The notes under the pieces: model-generated
Databases searched by the model: none
What the model was told of the DNA's origin: nothing
The model's input: only the letters and a program-made list of their open reading frames with translations
Assembly (NCBI GenBank): GCA_000708835.1
Contig: DF237296.1
Coordinates: 1 to 64,000, forward strand
Source of the DNA: Klebsormidium nitens
Lineage: Eukaryota; Plantae; Klebsormidiophyceae
Direction of reading: 5' to 3'
DNA: 64,000 nucleotides
Shown here: positions 24,101 to 35,600 of the stretch, piece by piece
Layout of the letters: every line of letters starts with the position of its first letter
How positions within the stretch are numbered: position 1 is the first letter of the stretch
Translations under genes and position numbers: made by a program

Positions 24101-26107
24101 GCAATAAGTACTCGGCGATTCAATCACCTGCACCGTTGAGCGCATTTTACCCAGATTGACCAGAATGAGTATCACTGAAAGCAGAGCCCGTCAAACTCAA
24201 AGAAATTGCTTCCTCACTGTTTGAAACGTCCTGAAAACCCTGCAAACCATTGCGATGTTCATTACTATCTCTCCATGAGGTCGTTTCAGCGGTTGAACCC
24301 AACCTTTGGAAAGTCATAACCGGCTTTTAGATCGGATCCAGGATCTCCGTGTTTTGAGACCTTAAAGAACATACAGAGTCGTATCTCTTCGCTGACTGAA
24401 ATTGTAACGTCCTAGCACTCTCGCCGATTGGCAGAGCAAAGCGAGGTAAGAATCGCGCAGAACTTTCTCAAGCAATCTCCTGCAGAGTAGCGCTCACAAT
24501 GATCGAGTCTGGCGACATTGCCATACGCGATCCAACTGCCAAAGCTTCACCTGAATCCCTCCAACTCGCAGGGCCACTTCGCAACCCCTCCCAGGTTGTC
24601 CTGGTAACCAACCCTCTTAACCCATGGTTTCGGCCCGACGTCAAAGTACTCCGCCCAGTTGCTTATGCTCTCCAGGCCGTTAACCTCCCGGTCATGGTAA
24701 CCGTAAATGTTGTCGAACGTGCGAGTGTAACGCTTTTTGACGGCTTTTGGGAGGGCGAAAAAAGCTTGCTCCTGTGTTTGAAGCTGGTGAAAGGTGGACG
24801 GGGAAACGGCGTGATTGCAAACCTAGATACAGCGGAACGGAACAGACGAGCGGAATGAGTGAGCAGAACGATTCACAAGGAGGAGCGGAGTGGTCGTGCA
24901 AGTTGAAAAGCCTCTTTCCGGATCGAAGGTGCTGAATCAGAGTGAGGGTCGTTATGATTGACCACTCAAGACAGCGGAAAGAACGAGCGAAAGCACTGAA
25001 CGGAACGAGCGGAATAACGCGCTTTTAAGTGAAGGCCATGGGAAGCCTGTATGTGCTTTCAAAGCTGTCGGACAAGAAAGAAAAGATCGCTGTAACTTGA
25101 GAACTCAGGGAACGGAAAGTACGAGCCGAATGAGCGGACGAATGCACGAGCGGAGCCGAAAAAGCGAGCGGAACAAGCCAATAGACTGAAGCGAAAAGAT
25201 ATATGCAAAAGAAAGAGCTCGCATTTTTCGCACTGAAGCTGCTGGTCCAAGGAATGGGGGCCCAAACGAGTTCCGCGAATCTGAGAAGCGCACTGATCGA
25301 TCAAGACATGGGAGGATATGGCAGCACGACTGAGGGGGAACGGGAAGGGAGATCGCATTCAAGAGATAGGATACCTAGGTCATCTGTATAAGTGAGTCGA
25401 CGATGTGTTCGGTGAAACAGTCTGAGCTCAATGGTGCTGACAGAAGGAGGGGGGCATAAGTTCGATAATCTTGGAAGCGGAACTGGCAGATTGCGACCAG
25501 GACTATTGTGACTCTGTAAGTCGAGGTCATGGATTTATTCGGTCAGATGCAGCGCGGCGCCTCAGCCACTATTCGTCAGGGCAAAAGCGCTTCTGTTCTG
25601 AAGGTCGAAGAGTCGTTTCAACCGGCTCAGATTGCACTGAGATCATACTTTAACCACAGGCGGACAAGAGGGAACACCCGAGTACAGACTCACCTGCAAA
25701 AACCCCCACCGCCTGCAAGCTGCCCCAATATCGCGCACCACTTTCGCCCTTTGACAAGGGTCCTGGGACCACAATCCTTCCAAGTCTACGACTGGAATCC
25801 TCTCCCCCCAAGAGGAACAAAAGCGGTGCGGTTCGACTTTCAGAGGCCACCGAAACGAGGGCAGGTCGTCATTGCCAATGTCAACAATGGCGTCATTTTC
25901 TGTCCTGTCTGCATTCTGTTTGCCAATGTTATTGAGAGTATCACTACTCTCAAGCCCAATTCTACATCCCAGGGCACCAAGAGAAAGTCGTGGGCTGTTT
26001 TTAGCAGAGCTGGTCGACACCTTCAGTGGCGTCATGTGTGGGCTGTCTACAATAGAACCACTGGTCAACCACTGGGTTGTGACTTTTACGCACCCTCCCG
26101 CAGCCAT
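21163..26107 (-). CDS. 2-oxoglutarate/Fe(II)-dependent dioxygenase (IPNS/DOXC-like), 6 exons, frameshifted in exon 5 (possible pseudogene)
   Basis: Exons 26107-25694, 24822-24551, 24088-23894, 23360-23225, 22603-22470, 21297-21163. DIOX_N motif IPVVDL...ACRRWGFLQVCNHAV, HxD in HTDSGLLSIIQ, GLQV, FVVNVGDMLQ, second His in HRV, RxS in ERFSSPFFLMP. Exon 5 is 134 nt between two phase-0 introns, so the total of 1286 nt is not a multiple of 3. Confidence 0.85.
21975..22470 (-). repeat. Tandem array (period 135-141 nt) of the 3' part of 2OG exon 5 plus donor and intron start
   Basis: Donors (plus-strand ctcacc/cttacc) near 22465, 22330, 22189, 22053. Each unit re-encodes ERFSSPFFLMPAFETQIAPL-like sequence. 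A partial fifth copy lies near 21985. Confidence 0.92.
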
Positions 26108-28209
26108 GGCTGCAACAGCGGTGGTTCAATAAGTAAAACCTTGCTGATACTCTGCTTCGTCCGGAGTGCAATCTGCAGTCGACCTCAGCTGCTGGTCTCA
26201 AGCGATGAGCGGGTGACTCGTTACATGGAGCTCAAGACAGTTTTACCATCAAAGATACTCGAGCTGGCAGCTTTCAGAACAGCGCAGTAAGTTACAACCT
26301 TATCCCAGGCAGGGAATGTCGAGGTCACGTAAGATCAAGCCTTACAAGACAGAAGCTCAGGGTATCGCAACTGGTATACGACATGGCAGCTGGGCCTGTA
26401 TGCCACTGAACATGAGACCCAAGCATGACACCTTTTGAAGCAAACCGACTCTATCAGGCGTCTAAGTTCTTACGGTCAGATAACCTATTTTGGTTATGCA
26501 CAACAACGCATTTGCATGTACTGTACCCTTTGAGAACCACCAGCTACGAGTGAACACCTTACTTTGCGCCCTTATCCCATGCAATGTGCAATGTGGCTGC
26601 CAGTCCAGCAGGTCTTTCGTGCATTCTCTGCTGTCGTGGAGAGAACGAGAAGCTGTTCAAGGAGAACAGAAAGTGGTGAGCTGATTGAAAGCTGACTTGC
26701 CAAGATCTCGCCGCTGTTGTATCCGTGACCTTTGTATCCGTGACCTTTGCATGCGCCCATCTTTCGCAGGTACCTAAACGCCCAGAAGTCTACCGTTCCA
26801 GCCCCCAGAATCATTAATGGCAGCATTGCATGCAGTGCTGCACTCACTCACAGTTCCGTCTTCGTGTAAGCTCAGCTGGGGCCTGCTTCCTATAAGCTCA
26901 AGGAAGCAGGCCCCTGGCCCAGCCGTGAGATCTAGCAAAGGAACTTCTCAGCTGCTGAGCTGGACCAGCTGAGCACTATACTGTCGATCGCAGCTTATCC
27001 GACGGACATCAGCTCTTTAGATGACATCACAGAATCAAGCGGCATGCAGATAATCTCTCCACCCACGAGGGACCGCCGGGGGTCCGAAACATGATTGTAA
27101 AACCATTCAAATTAGATCATGATCATGACTATAGTAATAAAGTTGACTTCAGAGCACTAGCGTATGGTGACATGTTTAACTACTACCATCGATATCAAAA
27201 GCTTCACTGAAGATGATCCACCATTTGCAGCAGGCAATGTACCGTCCAACATGATTGCAGAAAAGTTTCTGAGTCCTTCCTGCGCATGGCTCTTCCAGTG
27301 CATGCGGGGAGGTCATGGTCAAGCCCCCAGCGCAAAGATCAGTGGAAGTCGACGCATTAATGTGACCGGACACTGAGCGGCTGCAAACGATCAATATCCT
27401 CAAAGTGCCAGTGGAGAGAATCTTCTAGCCGTCAATGATCAGAGTTCACACCAACCTATGGGCGCCTCTGTAAGAGTCTCTTCCATGTACGTCGAATCAA
27501 ACTTGAATTGTGTGAAAGTTTGATGGGGCGGTGCGAAATCGAATGATCCCCCATAAGACGATCCTAGTACCTAAGTATCCGAGGCAGATAAGGTGACCGT
27601 CCAACCTGGTGGACATACTATGCGTGACGGGTATATGACGACTCGCGTAGCCCAACTATGGGCCGCACATTGCATGCGAGCTCGGCTAGAGCTAGCTAGA
27701 CTGTTGATCGGCATCAGTTGAATTCAAGAACCATGCAGATAAATACAGGTAGATGCCAGGGACACGTACTTATAGCGTCTTGATGCCTCGTGCCAAATGG
27801 CGACCACCAGGCAGCAGCATGAGGCATCCAATATCACAGTGAGACGGACATGCTGATGGACATCATCATGGCATCATCCAACAATTGAGCAGAAGCCGGA
27901 TACGGTAACACAATACAAGAAGCTGACTGATATATACTGAGCCACTTGCAGGCTCTCCAAGTCCATGCGAATTTGAAAGGCCGATCGCAGAACAAACAAG
28001 TGTGCAAACGACCCGATGCTGACATCCGAAATTTCATCCGCCTTGAATTACATGACATGCGACAGAGTTGCGGGCTACATTCGTTTACATGTTGGTACTC
28101 CGAGCAGCCACTCCGTCAAAAACCATGCATATCAACGAACGAACGGCGCTGCATGGAGCAAGTAGCTTTGGAGAAACAATATTTGTACACAGGTCTTCCG
28201 CACTTGTTC

Positions 28210-31197
28210 TTAGGTGTTGGTTGCCCGTGTGTAGATGAGCTGGGTAGCGTGCTTGCTGATGGGGCGGATGTGACCCTGCTCTTCCAACGCCCTCAGCGCC
28301 GCTCTCGCAAGGCTCCCGTTTATCTGTATGAAGAGAGTCAGCATGTCAGATCCTTTTATTCTCGTACATGGAATGCAAGTTACATCATGGCACCAACCCG
28401 TAGGCTGCCACAACATTCCTGAATGGCTGGCAAAAATCTCCCCGTAAGGTGTGAACTTGTCTAGCCAGTCCTAAGAATGTGCCTAAACCGCACCAGGAGA
28501 AACGTATCGAATTTTCATTGAATGTCTCTGACCCATGTTTTGTAATCAATTCATATTTGGGAATGCAACCTGCTCAGAAAAGTACAGCACTCTGATGGAT
28601 AACTGAAACCAGACAGATAAAGACCTTACACCCTAAGAGACTTGGACAGAAGGTCACCACTCTTCAAGCCTATACCATGACCCCCGTACAGGGGTCCAGA
28701 TTCGACAAGATAGACCAACTGACCCTTCTCGCATTCTGCTCCACTTATCCCTTTTGCTGCACTTGACTTTCCTGAGGAGCCCAGGTAAGGAACACTCTTG
28801 AGCTGCTTTCACCACCCAGTGCGTAACAATACACATGCCACAAGAACTACATGCGACGACAAACTTCCTCACTTTGATCACTTTGCCTGTGCAACCAACC
28901 GAGTCCATGACCAAAAAAGACAACAAATACGCACCTCAAGAAGGTCAGACCCATGTTTCAATGCTTCGGTTTTGACTTAGCCTCAGAGAGCGAATCGACT
29001 TTCAGCTTGATCCAAAGTGGATCTTTGAATAACCAACGTACACATCCAAAAAAGACAACAGAGCAGATTGGATGCTTACCCTGAGTCTGTCACTGAGGAC
29101 GGACGGGGTGATCAGCTTGTACTTGGGGACTTCAGACAGCAGCTTATCGTATGACGCCTTCTCGAACAACACCTGGTTGTTGACCTGTAGCCAAGAAAGT
29201 AATCGCCAATTTAGCCAATGTTCCCCACTTTCGACCCACTTCCAGCGGCCAAGTATGGTCTTGCTTGGGACCAACTCCGAAAGTGGTCTTGTGCGAAGCG
29301 CTTCTTTCGGGTTCAAAAAATGCTAAAAACGATGAACATAATGAATGAACCTACCAGCAGCCTGATTCGAAAAAACCGAGACCCAACCACATAACTACAA
29401 GCTTCTTCAGCGTGTGCTGGCGCAACTGGTTCGCTTACGGTTGCAACTCCAGGCCCACTAATGAGAGCAAAAACCTGAAATCTTCTGGCTGGTGTCCGAC
29501 CTTCAATGGGCCCGACTTTTTTCGTCCGAAACGTCAACAAGGCTTGTGTTGAGAAACAAGGACAAACAGCCAGGGAACGGACACCCTTGACCAACACTAT
29601 ATGTGACTCACACACAACATTTCGCCGACTGTTCATGTCAAAATGCGCGAACAGCCTGCCCTCTCTCTGGAAGTAACTTGATCAGTTCCAAAAACATGCC
29701 TCGTCCTGCTTCTTTCTCATTTCTTTGCTGGTGTCGATGTAAGGAAGTATGCGGAACTCTAGAAGGTCGTCTCTGGTGGTGACATCTGATACTCCGTGCA
29801 GGAAATCAGAGCGAGCCAGCAAATACGGATGCGTTTACTGGTCTTACCTTCTCCTTTTGCTTTCCCTTGGACCACTTCTTCTTCTTCTGCTTGCCGCCCC
29901 CGCTCTTGGCGGGCTTGGCAGCCTGGGTAGGCTTGGCCGCCTTGGGAGCCTGCCAAAAGAAGGGCACGCCTGGTTACACCATGATTTCCAGAGGTCTAAC
30001 GAGGGGGGGTTCCAGACTTTTTCGGTCACCAGCCTGACTTGACTGATCCTTGAGCGGGACCGGTGTTATCTGAGTTGGTATTGGGAAATGCAACCCAGCG
30101 GGGAACCTTTGGTTGCCAATAACAGTGCAGAATCCTAGGTGCAATAGGTTGTCAGTACACCCAGCATCAAACATGACAAAGACTGGACAAGCGAAACCGC
30201 TGTTGAGAAGTGTACTCAGGGGATGGCTGCTACCTGTGCCTCTAAACCCAGCTTCTTTCAAGGAGAACACTCAGGAAAAACCTGCGTCGATAACTGCTCG
30301 CATACCCTGTTATGATGATTTAAAGTAGCCCTTCGTAAGGCAGTCTCGTATCTCTTAGGCGATCTAGGCCATCCCCTCGTGCAAAGCAGAAACACGGATG
30401 GCGCTCTGCAGCAGACCCTTCCGAGGCTGCTGTGTTTATCCCTATCCAAGCGTAACCCTGACCCTGTTTGTTTGCAGATTTTCACGCCCAATCTCAATAG
30501 CCTAGGGCACCTGATTGCGGGTCAACTATACAGCGAGTAACATGGTAACGGTCCTAAGCAGTGATCCAAGGCTACCGACCGTATCCTGCGGCGGCAGCGT
30601 TTGGAACTGTCTTCTAAAGATGCAATCTTACACAAAGCTCAATTTCCAAACACGTCTAATGCATGGACCGGAACCGCAGAAACCAGGAAAAAGTTGGCCG
30701 GACCATAAGGAACCTCCGTGCGCACACAGAAGAATACAGAGACATCGCCAGCTTGGAAGGACCTGGATAACGACTGGATACCATTACCAACTGATGACCA
30801 GCAAAGTACACAGAAATCAAGCCAACTTTCTCTGCCCCATGGCTAGGCCGGAGCGAAGGGGTTATATTGAACCTTTTAACACAATAAAGCCGGGGGCTTC
30901 AGTAGCCCTACCGTCCTAATCGCCCATCTTGCGCCCCAACCTCGACCATTATCAACTGAAAGCTGCCTTCCCTTTCTTGATCGGAGAGATATACAATAGA
31001 CCAGCCGCATCCCGTGAATGATTCCTCTTGTGAGGTTTGTGACCGTGTAAGCTTCCTCTTTCTATATCCATTCGGACCGTACATTGTTGAAGACCTCTGC
31101 CAAACACACCCCACGTTACAACCGCCCCGCAAACCAAGAAACAATTCAGATGATTGTAATGAGTACCATGAGGAGGAACAAGCACGAGCCTCACCAT
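28210..31197 (-). CDS. RPS25: 40S ribosomal protein S25 (eS25), 107 aa, 4 exons
   Basis: Exons 31197-31195 (ATG|gtgagg), 29949-29848, 29184-29080, 28323-28210 total 324 nt. Motifs [52 protein letters not shown]. The ATG-only first exon is inferred. Confidence 0.96.
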
Positions 31198-31440
31198 CTT
31201 GCAAGCAGCCCCAACGTCCCTTCCCCTGGGCGCCTCTTGACGTGCTCTGCCTACTTGGCTCGCGTGAAAGAGGGAGGAGGAGACGCGAGCAAGCGAGAAG
31301 AACCAAATTGGAAATCGGGTTTGAAGAGAACAGTTTCTGTTCAATCCCAGACCTGCACATTCACTCCCCGGTATCAAATTTATAACTCTCAAGACAGATA
31401 ATAGTAAGCCAAGATAATAGTAAGCTCCGACTAACACTAA

Positions 31441-31448
31441 AAACCCTA
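31441..31448 (+). promoter_or_regulatory. Telo-box (AAACCCTA) in the RPS25/BPG2 divergent intergenic region
   Basis: Exact AAACCCTA with nearby degenerate accctaacc and aaccctacc, about 250 nt upstream of the RPS25 ATG. Telo-boxes are an established feature of plant translation-machinery promoters. Confidence 0.5.
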
Positions 31449-32610
31449 ACCTGAAATGAAGCACCCGCTCCGCACCCGTACCCACCCTAACCACCATACT
31501 AACCCTACCCGTCACAGTGCGGTTACCTTACTATTATCTGGGCTAATACTATTATTTTTCTTGAGTTTCATATCAAATTTCCCCCGAGGACATGTTTTAG
31601 CAATTTAAGTGTCAAACAACGGATACGGAAACGCCCCGTTGAGTTGAACACTCAAATACTTGAACGGAATTGTCACAGTCTCTTCCGGGCACACCCTAAA
31701 AAGTAGTTTCCTCTAACCCCAGCGTGGAATCACAGGCTGGCCGGTCAGTCTTGACTCTTGAACCAGCAAAGTTCCCACTCGTCTCCAAAATCTGCTAGTG
31801 TTGGTGCTAGTTACACTGAAGTCTGAATCCCACGTCTTTTCTGCCATCATCGGTGATGCTGGAGTGGTGCAATCCCTACAATCCTGGCCATTTAGAAGCT
31901 GAACTCAAGAGCAGAAGAATCCTACATTGTGACGACCAGGTAGCTGGAGACACCGAACACAAAATGAAGCAGACTTTGACCACCTTTTAGCAGCAGCGGT
32001 AACGCTGTGGTCAACACCTTCGGCAATCAGGTAAGGAACTTTCCCTGAACTTTCCCCTTCACGTTGCTCTTCTCCAGAAGTTGCTTTAGTTGCTTTGGTT
32101 GCTATATGTCCCCAGGCTTTGAGGTTGTACCATTTGTTCATGGTTCGCAACAGCACAACTTCCGCTCCGTGTTGATCGCTCCATCGATTACAGTACATAC
32201 AGACAGTCAGTACAATCCCTCAAGAATTTCAAACTCCTGAATGTTTTGAATTGCTTGTTGGGAGAATACCTTTGGTGGTGGTGGTTGCTTGAGGTTGGAA
32301 GGCCAGTATGCCCCTGTATGCTTGAAAACTGATGGTCAATGTGGTTGCCAACCGATTTTAGATCGACTCCTCCTGAAGCCAGTCTCCTCAATGCTGGTTC
32401 AAGATAAAAAGAGTCGAATTTGAACGGGGAATCTTATTGCAGTACATCTATCGAGTTGACTTGATGGAACCTTCTTTTTCCACAGAAGTCCTACTTGAAA
32501 AGATTCTAGTCAATAAAAGAGTTCTTGATATTTCTCCTATAGCTGCGGGAGAATCTCTATCATTGATAATGCCTCTCTAACACTCTCCCTTGTCTCCAGG
32601 TTTCGCAGCC

Positions 32611-35600
32611 ATGGCTCTCTGCGTCAGCCAAGCCTTTGGGCCAGTAACTGCTGGGTTAAGTGCGGGTTACGCCTCTAACCCCAGTGACAAACGACAGCCC
32701 CTTCTGCCCCCTTCCCACTTCTGCCACCACCTGTCCTCTCTTGTTAGACGTAACCGCTGTCTAAGCCTTCAAACCCCTTCTGGGACTGGGCACAATAGGA
32801 GATGGAATCAAAGGCGCTTATACATTAGTAAAGTTCAGTGTTCTGCGCAAGATGAGGGGGGCGAGTTTGGCAGCGAAGCGGCCCCCCAAGAGGGATGGGA
32901 ACGAGATGCGGCGGCCGCGCGCGTAGCAGAACTGGCGGAGAAAGCAGGGGCGGCCGGGGTGGGGCGTCGGAAGCTCAGCTTCAAAGCGGTGACTGCTGCA
33001 GCCGAGGGCGTTAAAGGGGGGGGTGGAGATGGCAGCGCTGAAGGTGCTCCGGAAACGAGGGGTGTTGGAAGGGGCGAACGGCCCGCCGTTCGGGAGACGT
33101 CTTCTGAGGGCAGAAGTGATATTGCAGACGGAGGGTTTGGCAAGGAATCTCAGAGGGGGGGCAATGACTTTGGTGAGAGGTTGGTGCAGAGACCTAGGGC
33201 CAAAGACGAAGAGGGGTTTGGTGGGGGCTTAAGAAGACGACAGGAGCGATCGCCAGTTAGCGGCACTGGGTTGGATGCTCGCAAGGGGCCATGGGTTAGG
33301 GGAGGCGCGTCAACTGAAGAGCCTCCCAGGAGCAGTGGCGATGACTTCTTCAGGGATGTCGACAACGGAATGGAAGCTCGATCGAGGGGAGGCTATGGTG
33401 ACCGAGAAAGCGACGGGTTTGCACGAGAGGGTGCGTTTAGGGAGCGCTTTGACGAACTTGGGTTTAGATCCAACCGGGATTCTAACCGAGAACGTAACTT
33501 TGAGCGTTATGAGGATCAGGACAACTTCGAGGGCAGGCGGGAGGATCGACGTTCCTTTCAGGGGGGTGCCAGAGGTGCCCGAAATAGTGGGTGGGAAGAG
33601 GAAGGTAATGATTTTGACAGGGGAGAAACGGATTACGGCTCCGAGAGTAGCCGAAATGTGTGGCGCCGTGACGTGGGGGTGGTGGATAATGGTGGAGACT
33701 TTAGGCCCCCTCCGCCAAAGCCGGTGTGGCGAAACCAAAAAGGGGGGGAAGACATTCTGGGAACCAAGGCGTTGGTTGCTCGAGAACGCGCGGAAGCGGA
33801 CGGCGAATTGGGGGGGAGAAGAGCACAAGAAGACTGGGCCGATCGACCCCCCCGGAACGGAAGGGGACGCGGGGGTGACCCGAGGGGGGCTCCGTTTAGG
33901 AGGGACCGCATGGGGGTGAGAGCTTGGAATAAGCGGGACGATGCTCCTGGATCGGAGTGGGGGGGTGCACCTTCTAGAAGCCAAGGGCGCAGGGGGGGCG
34001 GTTTTGGGGGGGGATCAGACGAGTGGGAAAATGAAGCTCGGGGGGGGGAGCTGGGAAGTGACGAAGAAGGGGGAGGGGAGATCAGCAGTTGGGGCCCGAG
34101 AGGGAACACTAAGAAGGTCGGCGTTAGAGGGAGTGTCTCAGGTGCCGCGAAGGGAAGCTTTAGCCGGGCCCCCGAGGGGCGCGTTGGGAGACGATCTGAA
34201 GAGGCGGGAGCGGGTTTCTCGCGAACTTTTAACGCTCCGGGGGGTCCGAGAAGCGGAGACAGGTTTAGACGGAGTGAGAGGGGAGACGCGGTTCCAACTA
34301 GAGACGAGTGGTCGCGGCCCGAGCCTGTCCAGAGACGGTCCGAACCCCCCCGTGGATTTTCGGACGCCTCTCGGTTTTCGTCCGAATCCCCTCTGAATCC
34401 GCCGGATTCTGGGCGGAATCCGTCCGGATCCGCTCGGGACACGGGCCGGCGACCGTCCGAAAGCGCTTGGAGGAGTCCTTTCGCGGCCAACGGCGCGGAC
34501 CAAACTTTTGTCCGCAGAACGAGAGACGGGGGACGCGAGTTTGGTTATAACGACTACCCGGCTCCCGACGGAGAAGAGAGAACCTCTCTGTCCGCAGAGG
34601 AGAAGAAGGACCGCCGAAAGATGAAGCAAGTCAAGTTGGAAGGGCCTGGGTGTTACGGTTGCGGCGCGAGGCTACAAGTGAGCTACCCGGGGGGGCCAGG
34701 TTATCTGCGGCCCGATGTATACGAGCTGGTGAGGCGTTCGCTTATGAATCTTCAGTCTTCAGTTTGACTCCGAAATGGATTGGGTAATGGTTGGAAGCGC
34801 AGCGCTTTTTGGTGCTACCGCCGTGTCGAGTCTCCGTTTTAATCTGCATTTGTGGGAGACCAGGTTGTCTGCGGTCGGATGTATACGAGTTGGTGAGGCG
34901 TTCTCTTACAGCCGTCCGGATCTGATTGCCGGTTTGCTGTCCCCGACTGACCCAAATTTTGAAAAGTTTCTGAGCCGGCTGATAAGAGATTCCGTGGCTA
35001 ACCGTACAAGATTGTGACGTCTGGTCAGACCATAGCTGGAATCTATCTAGATCTATGCTCTGCGAGGTTGGAACGTCCAACTTTGGTCCGACTCTGTTTG
35101 ATCGATTGGTAGTGTTCAAGTCGATTGCAGAGACCTCTATAAATGCATACGATGAGAACAGCTTCGAGCGTCTAGGTTGATCGAAAACGCTGACTGATGG
35201 TCCTCGAAAGTGGGTCGGCAGAGCTCGCAACCTGAGTCCTCTTACGTAAAGTTCTGTCGTATTATGAAGCTGATGAGGAGCTTGATAATCCAGGAGCTTT
35301 TCTGTCGCTTAGTTGCTCTGGTCGTAAACGTCGAACCGAGAACGTTTTGCCAAATGGCTGGGCAGCGACTGATTGCAGTGCTCGCGCTGAGACGCTTTGA
35401 TGCTATTGTTGCGTGATCGCCTCAAAAAATGAACAGACCCAGAATCACGAAGTCCTAGGAACCGTGCGCACGCGTCTACCAATCGACACTAGCAGACTCT
35501 CAGACCAGAAATCCGTGAATATGCAGAAGCGCACGCACCGACAACTCGGAGAAACGCTCTGCGGGCGATGCACGGAGTTGGCGCACGGGAAGATGGTGCC

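Noticed and set aside
25529-26290. 253-aa plus-strand ORF
   Set aside because: Antisense shadow of 2OG exon 1 with no family signal.
29950-31194. Intronic snoRNA in RPS25 intron 1
   Set aside because: The C-box-like words (TGATGA at about 30313 and 30792) are on the non-transcribed strand, and I found no C/D pair on the sense strand.
33275-34629. Several 150-285 aa overlapping ORFs in other frames and antisense
   Set aside because: Expected in a GC-rich low-complexity exon. The BPG2 frame accounts for the region.
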